Shown: in pieces, positions 1-13,060 of the stretch
How positions within the stretch are numbered: position 1 is the first letter of the stretch
Layout: the number at the start of each line of letters is the position of its first letter
Assembly (NCBI GenBank): GCA_949358305.1
Contig: OX442314.1
Coordinates: 3,844,001-3,908,000, forward strand
Source of the DNA: Strigamia acuminata
Lineage: Eukaryota
Length of the DNA stretch: 64,000 nt
Direction: 5' to 3'
Made by a program: the position numbers and the translations under genes
Notes under the pieces: generated by a model
What the model saw: the letters and a program-made list of their open reading frames with translations, nothing else
What the model was told of the DNA's origin: nothing
Database searches by the model: none

Positions 1-395
1 GTTTACTAAATGAATATTCCCTTTATTTCTATCTCGCAGATCCAAAAATTAAATAAAATGCAATCCCTCAACAATTTTTTTGTGTAAAACCTACAAAAAA
101 TTGCGTAAAGAATTAAATTTTGCAGATGGGAATAGCCAGGCCTGGGACAAAACCACAATGAAAATAACAAACAAGGTGTTCAAATATAAGTATCATTTTT
201 AATGATCACGTCATAAATAAATATCGTATAGCGGTAACAGTTTTATAAATGCTCTGATAAAACAATGACATTAAATAGAAATTTTAAAAATTATACACAT
301 TAATGTGCGTTTGTTCACATAATCAGTGATGACCAGACTCGACAAAAAAAATCGAAAAATAAAATTCGAAAAAATAAAATGAAATGAAATTTAAG

Positions 396-3300
396 TTATG
401 TGACCGATTCTTCGACGACTCGCTGCTTGCGAGCAAAAGAGAGAAAAACTTGTTCCAGAGTTGCCTGACTCACGGAATAGTCTTCGAGATTAAACAGCGC
501 TTTTGCCTTCTCCATCGACTCGAAGAGGTACGCCCATTTGGTCTCCACGTCCTTAATTTGGTAATGCACGAGTCCCTAAAACAAATAAATATAACTTAAT
601 ACACAGTTTGCGGCAGCTACTTTTCTCTTGTAAAAACGCGCCACATTCATTTATCTTACTTGGTGTATGTCCTGAAGAACGGCACTCGGAAATGTCTGCT
701 CAATGTATGTCTGTAATTCCGTCTGCTTATTTGTCATTAGATTTATGGTCGAACTAGCACCGGGCTTGAGTTTGGCTAAAATTGTAAACCCCTGACTGAA
801 TTTGTTCTTCAGATGCTGGATCGGACCGAAACACTGAAACTGACCGTTCACCATAATGCCCACTCTGTTGCAGAGCACTTCACATTCCTCCATACTAGAA
901 AATTTGTCCAAAATTAGTCAAAAATTTCATCACTATCATTCACTACATTCATTTACCTATGCGAAGTCAAAACAACCGATATTCCCCGCCCGTTAGCGCT
1001 TCTTAGAATGTCCCATATTTTTCTCCTGGCGACCGGGTCCACTCCGGTCGTGGGCTCATCCAAAAATACGACCGGCGGATCTCCGATGAATCCCATGGCT
1101 GCACTCAGTTTTCTTTTATTTCCACCGCTAAATAAATAATTTTTTTTTAAAATAACTTTGTTCTAATCAGTTAAGTCTCTTTATTTCGAATACCTGTAGA
1201 AAAGCGTGATTTTATCGGCATGCTCGGTGAGGTCAAAGTCCACGATGTACTGATCGACAACCGCCTTTATTTGGGAACTGCAAATTCCACGAAGGTGAGC
1301 AAAAACGGTGAGGATTTCTCGTCCGGTCAAGTAATCGATGAGCGCATCAAATTGCGGGCAATAGCCAACTTGCTTTAAAAACTAAACCAAATATAGTTAG
1401 GTTAATGCACTTGGATGGATGAAAAACCTATCGGGGCTTACTTGTCCTCGCTTGTGCCGTACACTAGACCTGTTAATGTAAGCATCGCCGTGAGTGATGA
1501 CCAAGTCGCCGGTAAGCATTTGAAATGTGGTCGTTTTGCCAGCGCCGTTAATTCCCAGCAGGCCAAAACATTCGGCGAAATGAACACCAAAACTCAAATC
1601 GTCAACGGCTGCAAAGTTGGAGAATACTTTCCTCAAGTCCTGCACCACCATAACATCGGTGTCGATGATGTCTGTATGGAAACAAAAAATGCTCTACAAC
1701 TTTTCAATTGACATTGTTTCCTTTTAACGTTTGGAACAAACACCTTTCATTTACTTGTTAGTACAAGACAACCCTTGCTATTGCCATCAAACAGTTGGTG
1801 ATAACCAGAATTCATTGAAGTGAAATAATTTGTAATGGGAGAAATAAGAACAGGCAAACAACTACCGTATTTTATCGATTAAGAGCCACGGCTCTTATTC
1901 AAAACTGCCATTTTTGTCAGCAATTACAATTTCGGTTTTTCGTTCGTTACATTTGTTTAATGTAACACACAACCCAGTCTAAAGGTGGAAACACAAGGAA
2001 GCAGGTAAAATTCCAAAGCTTGCTAGCACAAGTTTAATGAGGAAGTCATTAGCTGCGTTCAATTCTAAAATAGCTTTCAAAAACTTTTTTTCATCGTTTT
2101 CCGAAAAGAGTTTTCAACATTGAGCAATGTTATTACCAACAGCTTTCAACAGCTTTCAACAGCCACGGAGCATGCTCAGTCTGCACATGATCACATAACA
2201 AATCACAAAATGCATTCGTAATGTAAGTTTATTTAAATTAATAGTATTATTATTATTCATTTAAGAACGGGAAATCAGCCGAACATCGGCCACATTCGAT
2301 TGCACAGATCCGGCCAAAATCGGCAGCTTTCAAGCGCGCAAATGCGGCCGAAAAATTGCCCGCATTCGATCGCGCAAATGCGCCAAAATTGCCCGCATTC
2401 GATCGCGCAAATGCGCCAAAATTGCCCGGGTATGCACATATGCAGCCGCATTTTATCGTTCTTAAAGGCATAATAATTCTACAAATAAATTAAATAAACT
2501 TACATTTTTGTGTGTGCTTCCACCGCCGATCTATTCGATTACAAAATGGCGGCCCAGGAAAACAATTTGAAAACGACGAAAACCACGAATTTATGGTTTT
2601 CATGAAATCGGTTTTTAGGAAAACCGTTTTCCGAAATGTGACGTCAAATGCGTCTACATCCTGTGTGGGAAAACGGCGAAAACGAGGAAAACGGGGAAAA
2701 CTGTTTAGAATTGAACGCACCTATTTACAAGCTCACTTGACCCACTTTTGGCTTACCAGCTTAACTGGCAAACTCAAGCTAGCTAGCTGGCTGCCAGAAA
2801 TTCCCGCCAAAATCTCCTACAAGAATTTCCTCACGATTCTGATTGGCTGTCAAAGTCACATGACCAAAACGCCAGCAAGCTTAAAGCTGGTCAACCGAAT
2901 TCAGTTTGAAAGGAGCGGGTGAGTACAAGATCGCTTCAAAACAAACCTTTGAATAAAAACGCAAGCTTGTGTTTGTTCAAGCAGGTGAGTTTTTAGCCGT
3001 TTTTTCAAGTAAAAGCAAGCTTTTAAATTTTACCCGCTTCCTTGTGTTTCCGCCTTTAAAAGCCCTGGTGTAGTTCACACTTAAATCCCTTTTGTACAAA
3101 GTCTAATTTCTACACGTTTGTTCTGACTAGGGATGAGAACGGAACCGGAAATGGTCCCGATCCCGGTCCCGGTCCCGCAGCAGGATTCGGGACAGGACGG
3201 GACTGGATGAAACTGTATTCCACGGGATTCGGGACGGGACGGGACTTGTGTATTATGCGTGTAATACGTAATACGTGTGTATTACAACATAATACGCGTG

Positions 3301-6300
3301 TTTTTCAGACCCCGAAAAAGTGAAAATTTCTGGACACGGGACGGTCTGGGACCCGAAAAATTCACAATTTTCGGGACACGGGACGGGTCAGGACTCAAAA
3401 GTTGGTCCCGTTCTCATTCCTAGTTCTGACGTGTAGAAAAGCAATAACGTAAACATAAACAACTCACTTGGATCGTGAATTCGCCGCTTTTCCGCAAGCA
3501 CATCTTCATCTAACGCATTTCCCAGTCCGTCGAACGTGTTGACATTGTTTCTATTTCCAATCAATTGGTTTTTTCCCCGGCGAATTTTATACCAAAGCGT
3601 GTAGAAAATTCCCTGTTCGATGAGCGCCAAAATACCGAAATACAACACTCCGGTCACAGCCATCATGGTAACTTCCTGACCAATTCCGGGATCATCCCAC
3701 GCGAAATAATTTGGCTTCACATGAGGCAAAGGCAAACCAATAAAACTCATGAAAGCATTTTTAGATGAAAGCTGAACCATTTTCATCAATGCCACGGTCA
3801 CGGTGAAATTTGGTACAAGCCGAAACAGCCACTGAATGTCTCGTCCAATTTCCTTCAACGAATCGGAGCCGAATTGTTGGAACGTGTTGATGGTGATGCT
3901 CAAAATGATGCCGGCTAGCAAGTTGGCAATCGTCAGACGGCTGAATCCCGTTGCCGGAACCTTGGCCATGAACGACACGATGTAGGTAAAGGGAATCGAA
4001 CACCAGCCGTACAATATGAGCAGTAAAATCACAACTCCTGCAAATTAAACACAATCAACTGAATAATTGTATGGGATATTGAATGAATATAAGACCATGG
4101 TGTTATATTCAAATACAACACCATGGTGTTGTATTTGAATATAACACCATGGTCTTATTTTCGGTGAAAGATGGTTGGCAAAACAAGCAATAAAAAACTA
4201 AACCTTTGTTCACCTGCCAAAAAAAACCAACAAACTATGCTAACATTGTTTGATTGATTAAAAGTGGAAAAAGCTTACTTTGCATATTATAAAATAAATA
4301 AAATCCATCATTCTAATCACTTTTTACACTAAAATACATTGAAAATAAACAAAAACTACTTTTCCGCATAGTAGAGCACAGTCCACAGTTAGGCGTAAAC
4401 TGGCTTAGCCAATAGGAGTTAGGACAACGTTGTGATGGTTTTGAGTATAGGCACAGTTCCTAGGACTTACGAACTAGCAGTAGGGTTTCTGTTTTAAAAT
4501 TTCACACAAATGCTTCTAAAAATCAAAGTGCTTAGAGTCTACGAAGGTCTTAAAGTGGCCCTGGGAGTGTGCGCCTGCCTCTCTCATCCTGAGAGAAAGC
4601 TTACTTGCTCAACATTCTTGCCAGTGGGAATCAGCGTTGACAGACGATCAGCCGCAATTAAGTCGATGAACATTACTGCCAACTTAACAGGTGCACTCTT
4701 TGCTTTATTCTATGGAAAATCAATCTCACCTTAGTCAAACGGCTCGCCTTAAAGGTAGGTTCACACTTGTGTTCACACTAGACCCAACGCAAGAAAACTG
4801 ACGCAACGCAAGCTGCTTGCGTCCAAAATTCTTGACATTGAAGCCAATTCCTGCTTTAACTCCCAAGTTGAAGCAAGCGACGCAACGCAAGAAAAGGTCT
4901 TGCAGCCAACCAATCACGATCGACACCAATCACGATCGACTAAAACTCTCATCGATTCACGTCTGGTTGGCGAGACTTTGCCACATCCAAGTAGGCCGCT
5001 ATTTTCAGATTCTGCAACTAGTTCTAGAACTAGATCTAATTCCAGGTTTCATTGAAACCATCTGATCAGCCAGACGCAACATCAATTGTTTCAGCTCTGT
5101 TTAAACGTGCCCTACGCGTATTTACAAACTGCAGACGCTACAGGAATCTTTGTGGCCAGGAGTGACTAATGCATCTGACGGAATTATTGACTCAAAACGG
5201 CAAGTTCCCTGCTCAGAGTGCGCTAACCTCATCTCCCTCACCTTAACAGGGTCAAATAAAACAAAACAAAGCAAAACAAATCAAACTAAAACCCTCACAG
5301 ATGATAAATTCAAAAATTCAACGGTGTTTGAGTTATTGATGCATTAGTCATTCCTGGCCACGGATTCCTGAAGCACAGGGATTCCGGTAGCGTCTGCAGT
5401 TTGTAAATGCGCGTGCCCTACAGTGTGGTGAACAGACTCTGCATTGCGTTTGACTAATTTTTCCTTGCATTGATTTGCATCGCCCCTAGTGTGAACACAA
5501 GTGTAAACACAAGTGTGAACCTAGCTTTATGCTGGGCGCACACATACCGCGATTTCGCATCGCGTTGCCATTGCGCATTCGCAAATGACGTCATTTCCTT
5601 CGCGCCGGTTTGAAATCTGCTTTTGAAAATAGTACTTGTCTCAAGTACTATTTCACCCGCGATTCATGTCGCAGCCAATCCGTGAGCTGTGTGAAATGAC
5701 GTCATTTCATCAACATTTTCAACCGAAATGGCGGGCAGGTTTTTCGGATCAGGAATGACGTCATAACATTGAAATAGCAAAGCTGGAATAGCTACATGTG
5801 TGTAGCATTGCGTGCAATTCAGAGGGCGATTTCGCCAGCGAAATCGCGACGCGATGCGAAATCGCGGTATGTGTGCGCCCAGCATAACCCAGTGGTTCTT
5901 AACCTTTTTGGAGAAACCAGCACCCCCTAGGATGCATTGCACCCCTGGTTAAAAACCACTGGCCTACTCCTTTCCCAAATAAAATAATATTTCCTTTAAA
6001 AATTGAAACTAAATAAGATGTTACCAGTTTTCTCTCCGCCAGTGAACGTCCCCGTCTGGTCTACGGTGGAAAAAAGTATCATGAGCAAAATAGAGCAAAT
6101 AATGTGCGTAGCATAATCCCAAACGAAAGAAGCGGCCCAGAAAACAGCGCCGTCGACGCCGGTCATGAGTTGCAGATGTTTGGACTTGGTGGCCCGCTCG
6201 TGGATCGGAAACACGATGAACGACGAAGAGAGAAACGAAAGCCCGACCGGCACAAACACGCCCAGCATGATCGACTTCACCATCTGTATGATGGCGGCGA

Positions 6301-9300
6301 TGGGGAAGTTGCTCTTCTGGTCCGTCTCCAAAGGCGCGTTCTCGACGACCAACGACACGTTTTCCGTCTTGTTGTAATGTCTCGCCATCGCGTTGTGCAA
6401 CAAATTGAGCGCTAGCGGTTCGGTGTGGTAGAAGAGCCCGTTGTACCACAAGTTCATCTTGGTTTTGTCGCCGGACTCGCTGAAATTGGCTCCGACGATG
6501 TATTTGTTGGAATAATCGATGAAGTGCTTCTGGCTGAGTTCCTTCAGGTAGTCCATGGCGTCGCCGCTGACGTTGACGAACGTGGTGTCTGTCGGGAACG
6601 AGGAATGGTAATAGTATTCGTAATCTTCGTTGAGGTTTTTTTGGAAAACCGTGGTGGCGCCGTACTGCGATATGTCCATGGTTAATGCGGGTAAGGAGGT
6701 GGGAGTTAAATCCAGTCTGTTGTTGACTATCAGGACGGTTGTTATCATTATGACTGGTAAAAGAATCTGTTGAAATAGAATAAGTTAAATTATATGAATT
6801 GTTGAATTATAATTTCATATAATATTCATATATATTTCAATATATGTCAATTATATTGAAATTGTTGAAATAATAATAATATTGTTGAAATTGTATTTTT
6901 TATTGGTGAAATTGTATTTTTTATTGTTGAAATTGTATTTTTTATTGTTGAAATTGTATTTTTTATTGTTGAAATTGTATTTTTTATTGTTAAAATTGTA
7001 TATTTTATTGTTGAAATTGTATTTTTTATTGTTAAAATTTTATTTTTTATTGTTGAAATTGAAATCGCCAATTTGGCACAAAATCTTTTAAAAATCGCCA
7101 ATTTGGGACAAAATCCTTTAAAATCGCCAATTTGAGACAAAATCTTTTAAAAATCGCCAATTTGGGACAAAATCTTTTAAAAATCGCCAATTTGGGACAA
7201 AATCTTTTAAAAATCGCCAATTTAGCACAAAATCTTTTAAAAATCGCCAATTTGGGACAAAATCTTTTAAAAATCGCCAATTTGGGACAAAATCTTTTAA
7301 AAATCGCCAATTTGGGACAAAATCTTTTAAAAATCGCCAATTTGGGACAAAATCTTTTAAAAATCGCCAATTTAGCACAAAATCTTTTAAAAATCGCCAA
7401 TTTAGGACAAAATCTTTTAAAAATCACCAATTTGGGACAAAATCTTTTAAAAATCGCCAATTGGGAGCTCGTCTATGCAGTCCCCATTTAATGGTTATGC
7501 CCATCTTCGATTTGATCATCGCCAATTTTTTCTTACTTGAGCTAACAGCAAGACCCAACGGCGTTTCGAATAATACCATCGTTTCAAGAGCAACGCCGTA
7601 AACGGTTGCATCCACGAATTAAAACCCGTTGATCGTTGGATGCCGCTCACTCCGTTTCCAACTGCAACTGCAAAAATCAAATTTAAAAAAACAACACTTT
7701 ATTTATTATTATTTTTTACAATATATTTACCATAATTACCAGTATAATGAAGTAAATTAGCGTTCGATTGATTTTGCTGGATCACGCCGTTGTTGACGCT
7801 GCTGCCGCTGCTTTCCTTGACGCTTTCGCCAACCTTGAGAAAAACTTCTTCCATCGTGGTGACGCAAATGCCGAAGTTATTCATGCCGAGTTTTGGCGCG
7901 TTTGATTCGAGGTGCTTAAACATGTCGGCGAATGTGTTCGAGGATTCCGAAGGAAGGATGAGACTTAGTTCGGTCGCGTTGTCGGATTTGATCACGACTC
8001 CCGGAACGTGTTGCTGCACCAACGCGCAAATGCGGTTTACATCGCAATGGTCGGCTTTGCTGATATTCAAATGGTATCCGGCACCTAGAAATTAATCGTT
8101 TGGAAAATGTAATGGCATTTTTAAACGTGTGCTAAATAAACATGGAAAACCATTGAAAAGTACTGAATAAATGTTGACAAATGTTGAATAAATATCGAAG
8201 TGTGTTGGATAAATTTTGAGAAATGAAAAATAAATGGTGGGAAACGTAGAATAAACGTTAAGAAACATTGGAAAGCATTGGAAAACATTGAAAAAACATT
8301 GAAAACGTTTGAAAATATTGAAAAACATTGATAAAACATTGAAAAACATAGATAAAACATTGAAAAAACATTGAAAACGTTGGAAAATATTGAAAATCAT
8401 TAATAAGACATTGAAAACGTTAGAAAATACTAAAAAACATTGATAAAACATTGAAAAAACATTAAAAACGTTGGAAAACATTGGAAAACATTGAAAAAAC
8501 ATTGGATAACATTGAAAAAACATTGGAAAACATTGAAAAAACATTGAAAAAGTTGGAAAAACATTGGAAAACATTGAAAAATCATTGAAAACGTTGGAAA
8601 ATATTGAAAAAACATTGAAAACGTTGGAAAATATTGAAAATCATTAATAAAACATTGAAAAAACATTGATAACATTGGGAAACATTGAAAAAACATTAAA
8701 AAACATTGAAAAAACATTGAAAAACATTGAAAAAACATTGAAAAACATTGAAAAAACATTGATAAAACATTGGAAAAACATTGGAAAACATTGAAAAACA
8801 TTGGAAAACATTGAAAAAACATTGGAAAACATTGAAAAAACATTGGAAAACATTGAAAAAACATTGATAAAACATTAATAACGTTGGGAAATATTGAAAA
8901 TCATTAATAAAACATTGAAAAAACATTGATAACATTGGGAAACATTGAAAAAACATTGGAAAACATTGAAAAAACATTTGAAAACATTGAAAAAACATTG
9001 ATAAAACATTGAAAAAACATTGAAAAGATTAAATAAGCAAAATTACCGTATCTTTTCTTCAAAAACAACGGAGAACCGCAACACTCAATCTGCCCTCGTG
9101 CCATAATAGCGATCCTATCGCCCAGCACATCGGCCTCTTCCATAAAATGCGTGCTCAAAATAATGCACCGATCCTTCCTCGCTTCCTGCAGCAACTCCCA
9201 GATGGCTCTCCTCGCTTCCGGGTCCATCCCCGACGTCGGTTCATCCAACATAACTATCTAAAAACCCAAAAAAAAAATCATTCCCAAACTAAAACACAAA

Positions 9301-11695
9301 CAAAACCGAAAATACTTTTGGATTTCCAATCAGAGCGATTCCCAAATTCAACTTCCGCTTCATTCCGCCGGACAACTGCATGGCAAGCGTGTTCCTCTTG
9401 TCCCACAGCTGCAGTTTGTGCATCAGGTTTGTCACTTCCGTGTTGAGTTTCTTGGCCGAATTGATCTTGAGTTGTCCGAAAAACTTGAGGTGTTCGACCA
9501 CCGTGAGCGTGCTGAACAGCATGTTGTGTTGGGGACACAGGCCGAGGTTCTCGCGAGCGAAGTCGATGTTGGTTCGTATGTCGTATCCGTTCACGATGGC
9601 CGTTCCGCTCGTGGGGGGGAACATTCCCGTCAGAATGGACATCGTGGTGGTTTTCCCGGCGCCGTTGTGACCGAGTAGAGCCGTTATTTGGCCCTCGTAG
9701 ATGTTGAGACTCAAATTGTCCACGGCGGTTTTTCCTTTGCCGTAATTCTGGGGACGAGAAAAAATTAATTTGACTGGAAAATCAGTTTAAATATTTATGT
9801 TTCAATCGTGTGATGATGTTCTGGCATGTTTTATACGCAAAAAAAAATGAAAAACGCACTTTTTAGGCACGAAATGACTGCAAAAGTGGAAAAATCACTT
9901 TTTAGACGTAGAAATTAAATTTTTTTTAACCTGAAAATTTATTTTTAAGCAATAAATTCACTTTTCAGACGCTTAAATTTAATTTTTACGTGCAAAAAAC
10001 CAAATACTTAAACAAAAATCAACTTTTTCCCATAAAAATGGCATATTTCGCGTAGAAAAATTCACTTTTAGACACATAATCGACCCTTTTACACCCAAAA
10101 CCAAACTTTCCATGTGAAAATAAAATTACTTTAGTTAAATTTCTTATTGCAATAGCCGTATCGAGACCGCTCGGTTCCTTTTCAAAGTTCATCGAGTTTA
10201 AATTATCAACGTCACCTTCTTCCGAATGCATCTGTTCGATTCTGCACCAATAATCCTTCTGCAAAAAAAATAAATAAATAAAATAAAAATAATATAAATA
10301 ACTTTTCTCAAAAATAATTACCGTGAATAAAAAATACCAAGGTTTTCCAACCCCGTAAATCCCAGGAAACACATTGTCCAAATACCACGTTAAACCGCCA
10401 TAGAGAAAAATATCGATAATAAACATCATAATTATATACGCCATCGTTAGATCGTCGCCTTGGTAACTCGGTTCGTTTAAATTAGTCCAATTAATCCCGA
10501 TACCTGCAATTATCGATTCGTTTATTCAATAAAACCTAATTAAACTGAATTAAATTAAAACAACTCACTTCGGCCTTCGAAAGCGACGATAAAGCGAACC
10601 GCCCACGCCATCGCCATGTTTGGGAAAATGGCGACGAGCAGTTTCGATGAAACATTCAAATCGTGGTAGCTTCGAGACATTAAATTGAACGGGATGGAGA
10701 AGGTGAGCACCCAGGCGAGCACCCCGATGGCCGTGGCGATCGTGGCTGTGAAAATTAATTTTAATTTTAATTGTAATTTTGATTTTATTTAGATTTTATT
10801 CCGCGTACGTTTTGAAAAGAAGCAGGAAATGAAGAAACAAAAGAAAATGGCGCTCGTGATGTATAAAACGAAAATAAATAATATTAATTCGGGAGATGAG
10901 TAAGATAGGACCGAGTATTCTTGCAGTTTGGAACACAAAAAGAAGACGATTATAATAGAGCTGATTAGCATCATGACGAATGAACTAATGAACCAGCCGA
11001 TCCATTGCAGCCAGCCGGGTAGACCCATCAGTTTCATTAATTCCTGAAACATTAAATTCGACATTTTTAGTATTTTTCAGATTTTGAAAATTTAAAATTG
11101 AAAAGAAAAAAATTTAAAAAAAAAAAAACGGAATTTATTCAATTGTGTTGACTCAATGTTTTGATTAAAACGAGTCATTAATAAAGATAAGCAACTGTTG
11201 ATAGATGAAGGAGATAAAACAAACTGTAATAGTCTTTTATAAACGAAGTTCTGATAAAATTAAATCAGAATTTCATTTGTTTTTGTTATTTTTCAATTTT
11301 TTTTCGTTTATTTTCAATTTTTTTCAATTTTTTCTCTCCCTAAAAATGATAATTTAATTTATTTCGTAAATAAATAACCTATCACCTTAACACCCATTTC
11401 CTTTTCCCCCACAATGTATTTAATGAGCGTCGGCGAAATAAAGACGAAACTGAGAACGAGAAAAAGCGGCAACGTATTCTGAAGAAAATCTGAAAAACAG
11501 TTATCCTTATAATAAGGTGGGTAGGGAAATTTTTGCGTCGTTATCTAAAAAACAAAAAATAAAATAAATAAATATATCTTTTTTAAAATTTTTTAACTAT
11601 TTACCTCGAATTGAGACGAATCAAAGCTGCTAGAAGTTAATTCCATAAACCGTAAAGCGATATTATGTTGTAGAATCATAAACGTTTCGTAATAA
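396..11695 (-). CDS. ABCA3: ABCA-subfamily (ABCA3-like) ABC transporter, copy 1; 17 exons, ~1471 codons, N-terminus not found
   Basis: Manually spliced GT-AG exons, 5' to 3': 11605-11695, 11386-11544, 10809-11043, 10569-10745, 10322-10503, 10130-10258, 9316-9747, 9047-9257, 7731-8084, 7537-7667, 6025-6766, 3468-4037, 1442-1671, 1194-1381, 957-1127, 660-894, 396-575 (TAA). Phases are consistent. NBD1: [31 protein letters not shown]2: [32 protein letters not shown] hallmarks: [42 protein letters not shown]. The symbol means ABCA3-like; orthology was not tested. Confidence 0.9.
1983..3055. mobile_element. TIR non-autonomous element (MITE, PIF/Harbinger-like), intronic
   Basis: Imperfect ~45-bp TIRs aggtggaaacacaaggaagcaggtaaaatt / aattttacccgcttccttgtgtttccgcct, flanked by TAA/TTA. 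Also at 17139-18211, 32235-33260 and 47330-48355. Confidence 0.75.
2261..2465. mobile_element. Small TTAA-bounded inverted-repeat element with internal ~33-bp tandem repeat, nested in the MITE above
   Basis: ttaagaacg...cgttcttaa ends; aaattgcccgcattcgatcgcgcaaatgcgcca present twice plus a degenerate copy. Also at 17417-17621, 32513-32717 and 47608-47812. Confidence 0.5.
3128..3422. mobile_element. hAT-type MITE, 295 bp
   Basis: TIRs tagggatgagaacgg / ccgttctcattccta; perfect 8-bp TSD gttctgac (3120-3127, 3423-3430); internal cggga subrepeats. Also at 18284-18578, 33333-33627 and 48428-48722. Confidence 0.9.
4089..4158. repeat. 70-bp perfect palindrome (copy 1 only)
   Basis: ataagaccatggtgttatattcaaatacaacacca|tggtgttgtatttgaatataacaccatggtcttat. 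Copies 2-4 have a 44-bp form (e.g. 19245-19288). Confidence 0.9.
4752..5527. mobile_element. TIR MITE (Harbinger-like or TA-flanked), intronic
   Basis: TIRs aaggtaggttcacacttgtgtt / aacacaagtgtgaacctagctt with TA/TWA flanks. Also at 19908-20683, 34957-35732 and 50052-50827. Confidence 0.75.
5116..5412. mobile_element. Mutator-like MITE nested in the 4752-5527 element
   Basis: Long imperfect TIRs gcgtatttacaaactgcagacgctac...tggccagga.tgactaatgcatc and the complement; 9-bp direct repeat gtgccctac at 5107-5115 and 5413-5421. Also at 20272-20568, 35321-35617 and 50416-50712. Confidence 0.75.
5530..5884. mobile_element. TIR MITE (Harbinger-like)
   Basis: ~35-bp perfect TIRs tgctgggcgcacacataccgcgatttcgcatcgcg / cgcgatgcgaaatcgcggtatgtgtgcgcccagca, flanked by TTA/TAA. 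Also at 20686-21040, 35735-36089 and 50830-51184. Confidence 0.85.
5890..5961. mobile_element. 72-bp hAT-like miniature element
   Basis: cagtggttcttaacc ... ggttaaaaaccactg TIRs. Also at 21046-21117, 36095-36166 and 51190-51261. Confidence 0.6.
6881..7059. repeat. 21-bp intronic minisatellite
   Basis: (attgttgaaattgtatttttt) x ~8.5. Also at 22037-22215, 37086-37264 and 52180-52358. Confidence 0.95.
7061..7462. repeat. 30-bp intronic minisatellite
   Basis: (aaaatcgccaatttgggacaaaatctttta) x ~13. Also at 22217-22618, 37266-37607 (two units shorter) and 52360-52761. Confidence 0.95.
8259..9026. repeat. Compound 9-11-bp intronic minisatellite
   Basis: aacattgaaaa / aacattggaa / aacattgataa variants. 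Also at 23415-24182 (near-identical) and ~38419-39218 (different unit order). Confidence 0.95.
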
Positions 11696-11755
11696 CTTTT
11701 AAAAAAATATATAAATTATAAAATTTTAAAAATTTTAAATCCAAATTTCTCTTAC

Positions 11756-12860
11756 TGAAATTCTTTCAATTCTTTCTCTTTTAATTCCAACTTACTGCCT
11801 GTAATTGGTTGCAATACACCGCAGACTAGCAAAAACTGCAAAATCTTCTAAAATCTTCACAAAAATCTCTCAAAATCGACAAAAACCATCCAAAAATCTC
11901 GAAAAACCTCCCAGAACCTATAAAGATATGAAAAAAAAATCACAAAGAATCGATTTCTTTGCAAAAAATGCCAAAAAATTAACCAAAACAAGTAAACACT
12001 TATCTGAAATCCTTACATATTGACCTAACACCAATCAGGGCTGTTTGGACCAATCAAAATTGCCTAGAAAATAAAATAAAACCAAATTAACACAACAAAA
12101 ATTTAAAAAAAAACTGAAAAAAACTGAAAAAACAAATTCCAAAAAATGTAGTTTACCTTCTAAGATGTCCTACCTGGCTAAGGTGCAGTTGGGGGTCGTC
12201 AACAGGCATTTGGGCGATCTGAAATAGCTAGAAAATAAATTTAAAAAATAAAAAACACATCAAAATCAATAAAAAAAATTGCCAAATTTGGGAAACTTTA
12301 ATTTCCAATACAAACAACAAAGAACACAACAAATTCCATCAAAAAACCACCAAAATCACGAAAAATTATTGCTTAAAACAACCAAACTCACCAGCGAGGC
12401 GAGAACGAAACCAACATGGCGGTGTAAAAGAACAAATGCTGGAGAAAATAAATAAAAACAACAAAAAACTCATCAAATTCCATCAAAAAACCATCGAAAT
12501 CGTGAAAAATCATCGATCAAAACAACCAAACTCACCGTGTGAGATGTCCCGGGTTCCGCCCAGGCATTTGGACGGGCTGAAAGGCATAGAAAAGAAATTA
12601 AAACAACAAAACACACATCAAATTCCATCCAAATCGTGAAAAACCACAGAAATCGTGAAAAATCATCCCCCAAAACAACCAAACTCACCAGCGAGGCGAG
12701 AACGAAACCAACATGGCGGCGGAGGACAACAATTGCTGGAGGCGCCCCGCTATGCGGTGGCAATCTTGGGAAGGAGGTTAAGGGATGGAGGAGACGAAAT
12801 CGAGCTTTCTGCACCAATCGCAGCCGCCAACAGGCCCAAGCCCGCACCCTTTGCCGCTGA
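11756..12860 (-). other. Putative spliced leader: chain of micro-exons upstream of the ABCA body
   Basis: GC-richer islands with AG/GT ends inside T-rich (minus strand) sequence: A ends 12689 (gtgagt), B 12536-12576, C 12392-12438, D 12174-12218, E 12017-12063, F 11756-11835. Also at 26912-28016 and 41947-43051. Confidence 0.5.
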
Positions 12861-12894
12861 ATCTAAAGATTTCTTGCACTAGCAAATGATTATT

Positions 12895-13060
12895 TCAATG
12901 CTCATTGGCCAGTTTCTCAAATCTCATTCATTCGGTTGGTTACTTATTTTTCCCTCCAAATAGTTTTCTCTTCATTGATTGGTCCTTAAAATTCAGTTTC
13001 TACTAACTGACACGAGGTGGCGAATAGAGGGCGCTGCTAGAGTAGAAGAGGCGGCAAATT
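12895..13060 (-). promoter_or_regulatory. Putative promoter/insulator region: CCAAT boxes and two adjacent CTCF-like motifs
   Basis: Minus-strand CCAAT at ~12904-12908 and ~12978-12982; plus-strand cacgaggtggcg (13011-13022) and tagagggcgctg (13025-13036). Motif resemblance only. Confidence 0.3.

Noticed and set aside
1862..1905. taccgtattttatcgattaagagcc as a Tc1/mariner-type MITE end
   Set aside because: No matching opposite end found.
6021..6685. Overlapping plus-strand and alternative-frame ORFs over ABCA exons (also 384-599, 1415-1711, 7790-8095, 9147-9678, 39339-39869)
   Set aside because: Antisense or out-of-frame shadows of GC-richer coding exons.
7061..7462. 30-bp repeat array as a CRISPR
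   Set aside because: No unique spacers, eukaryotic intron context and no cas genes.
6847..7491. Repetitive ORFs ([27 protein letters not shown])
   Set aside because: Translations of the 21-bp and 30-bp intronic minisatellites, open in several frames; same in the other copies.
8092..8998. F/Q/C/M-rich ORFs
   Set aside because: Translations of the aacattgaaaa satellite inside intron 8085-9046.
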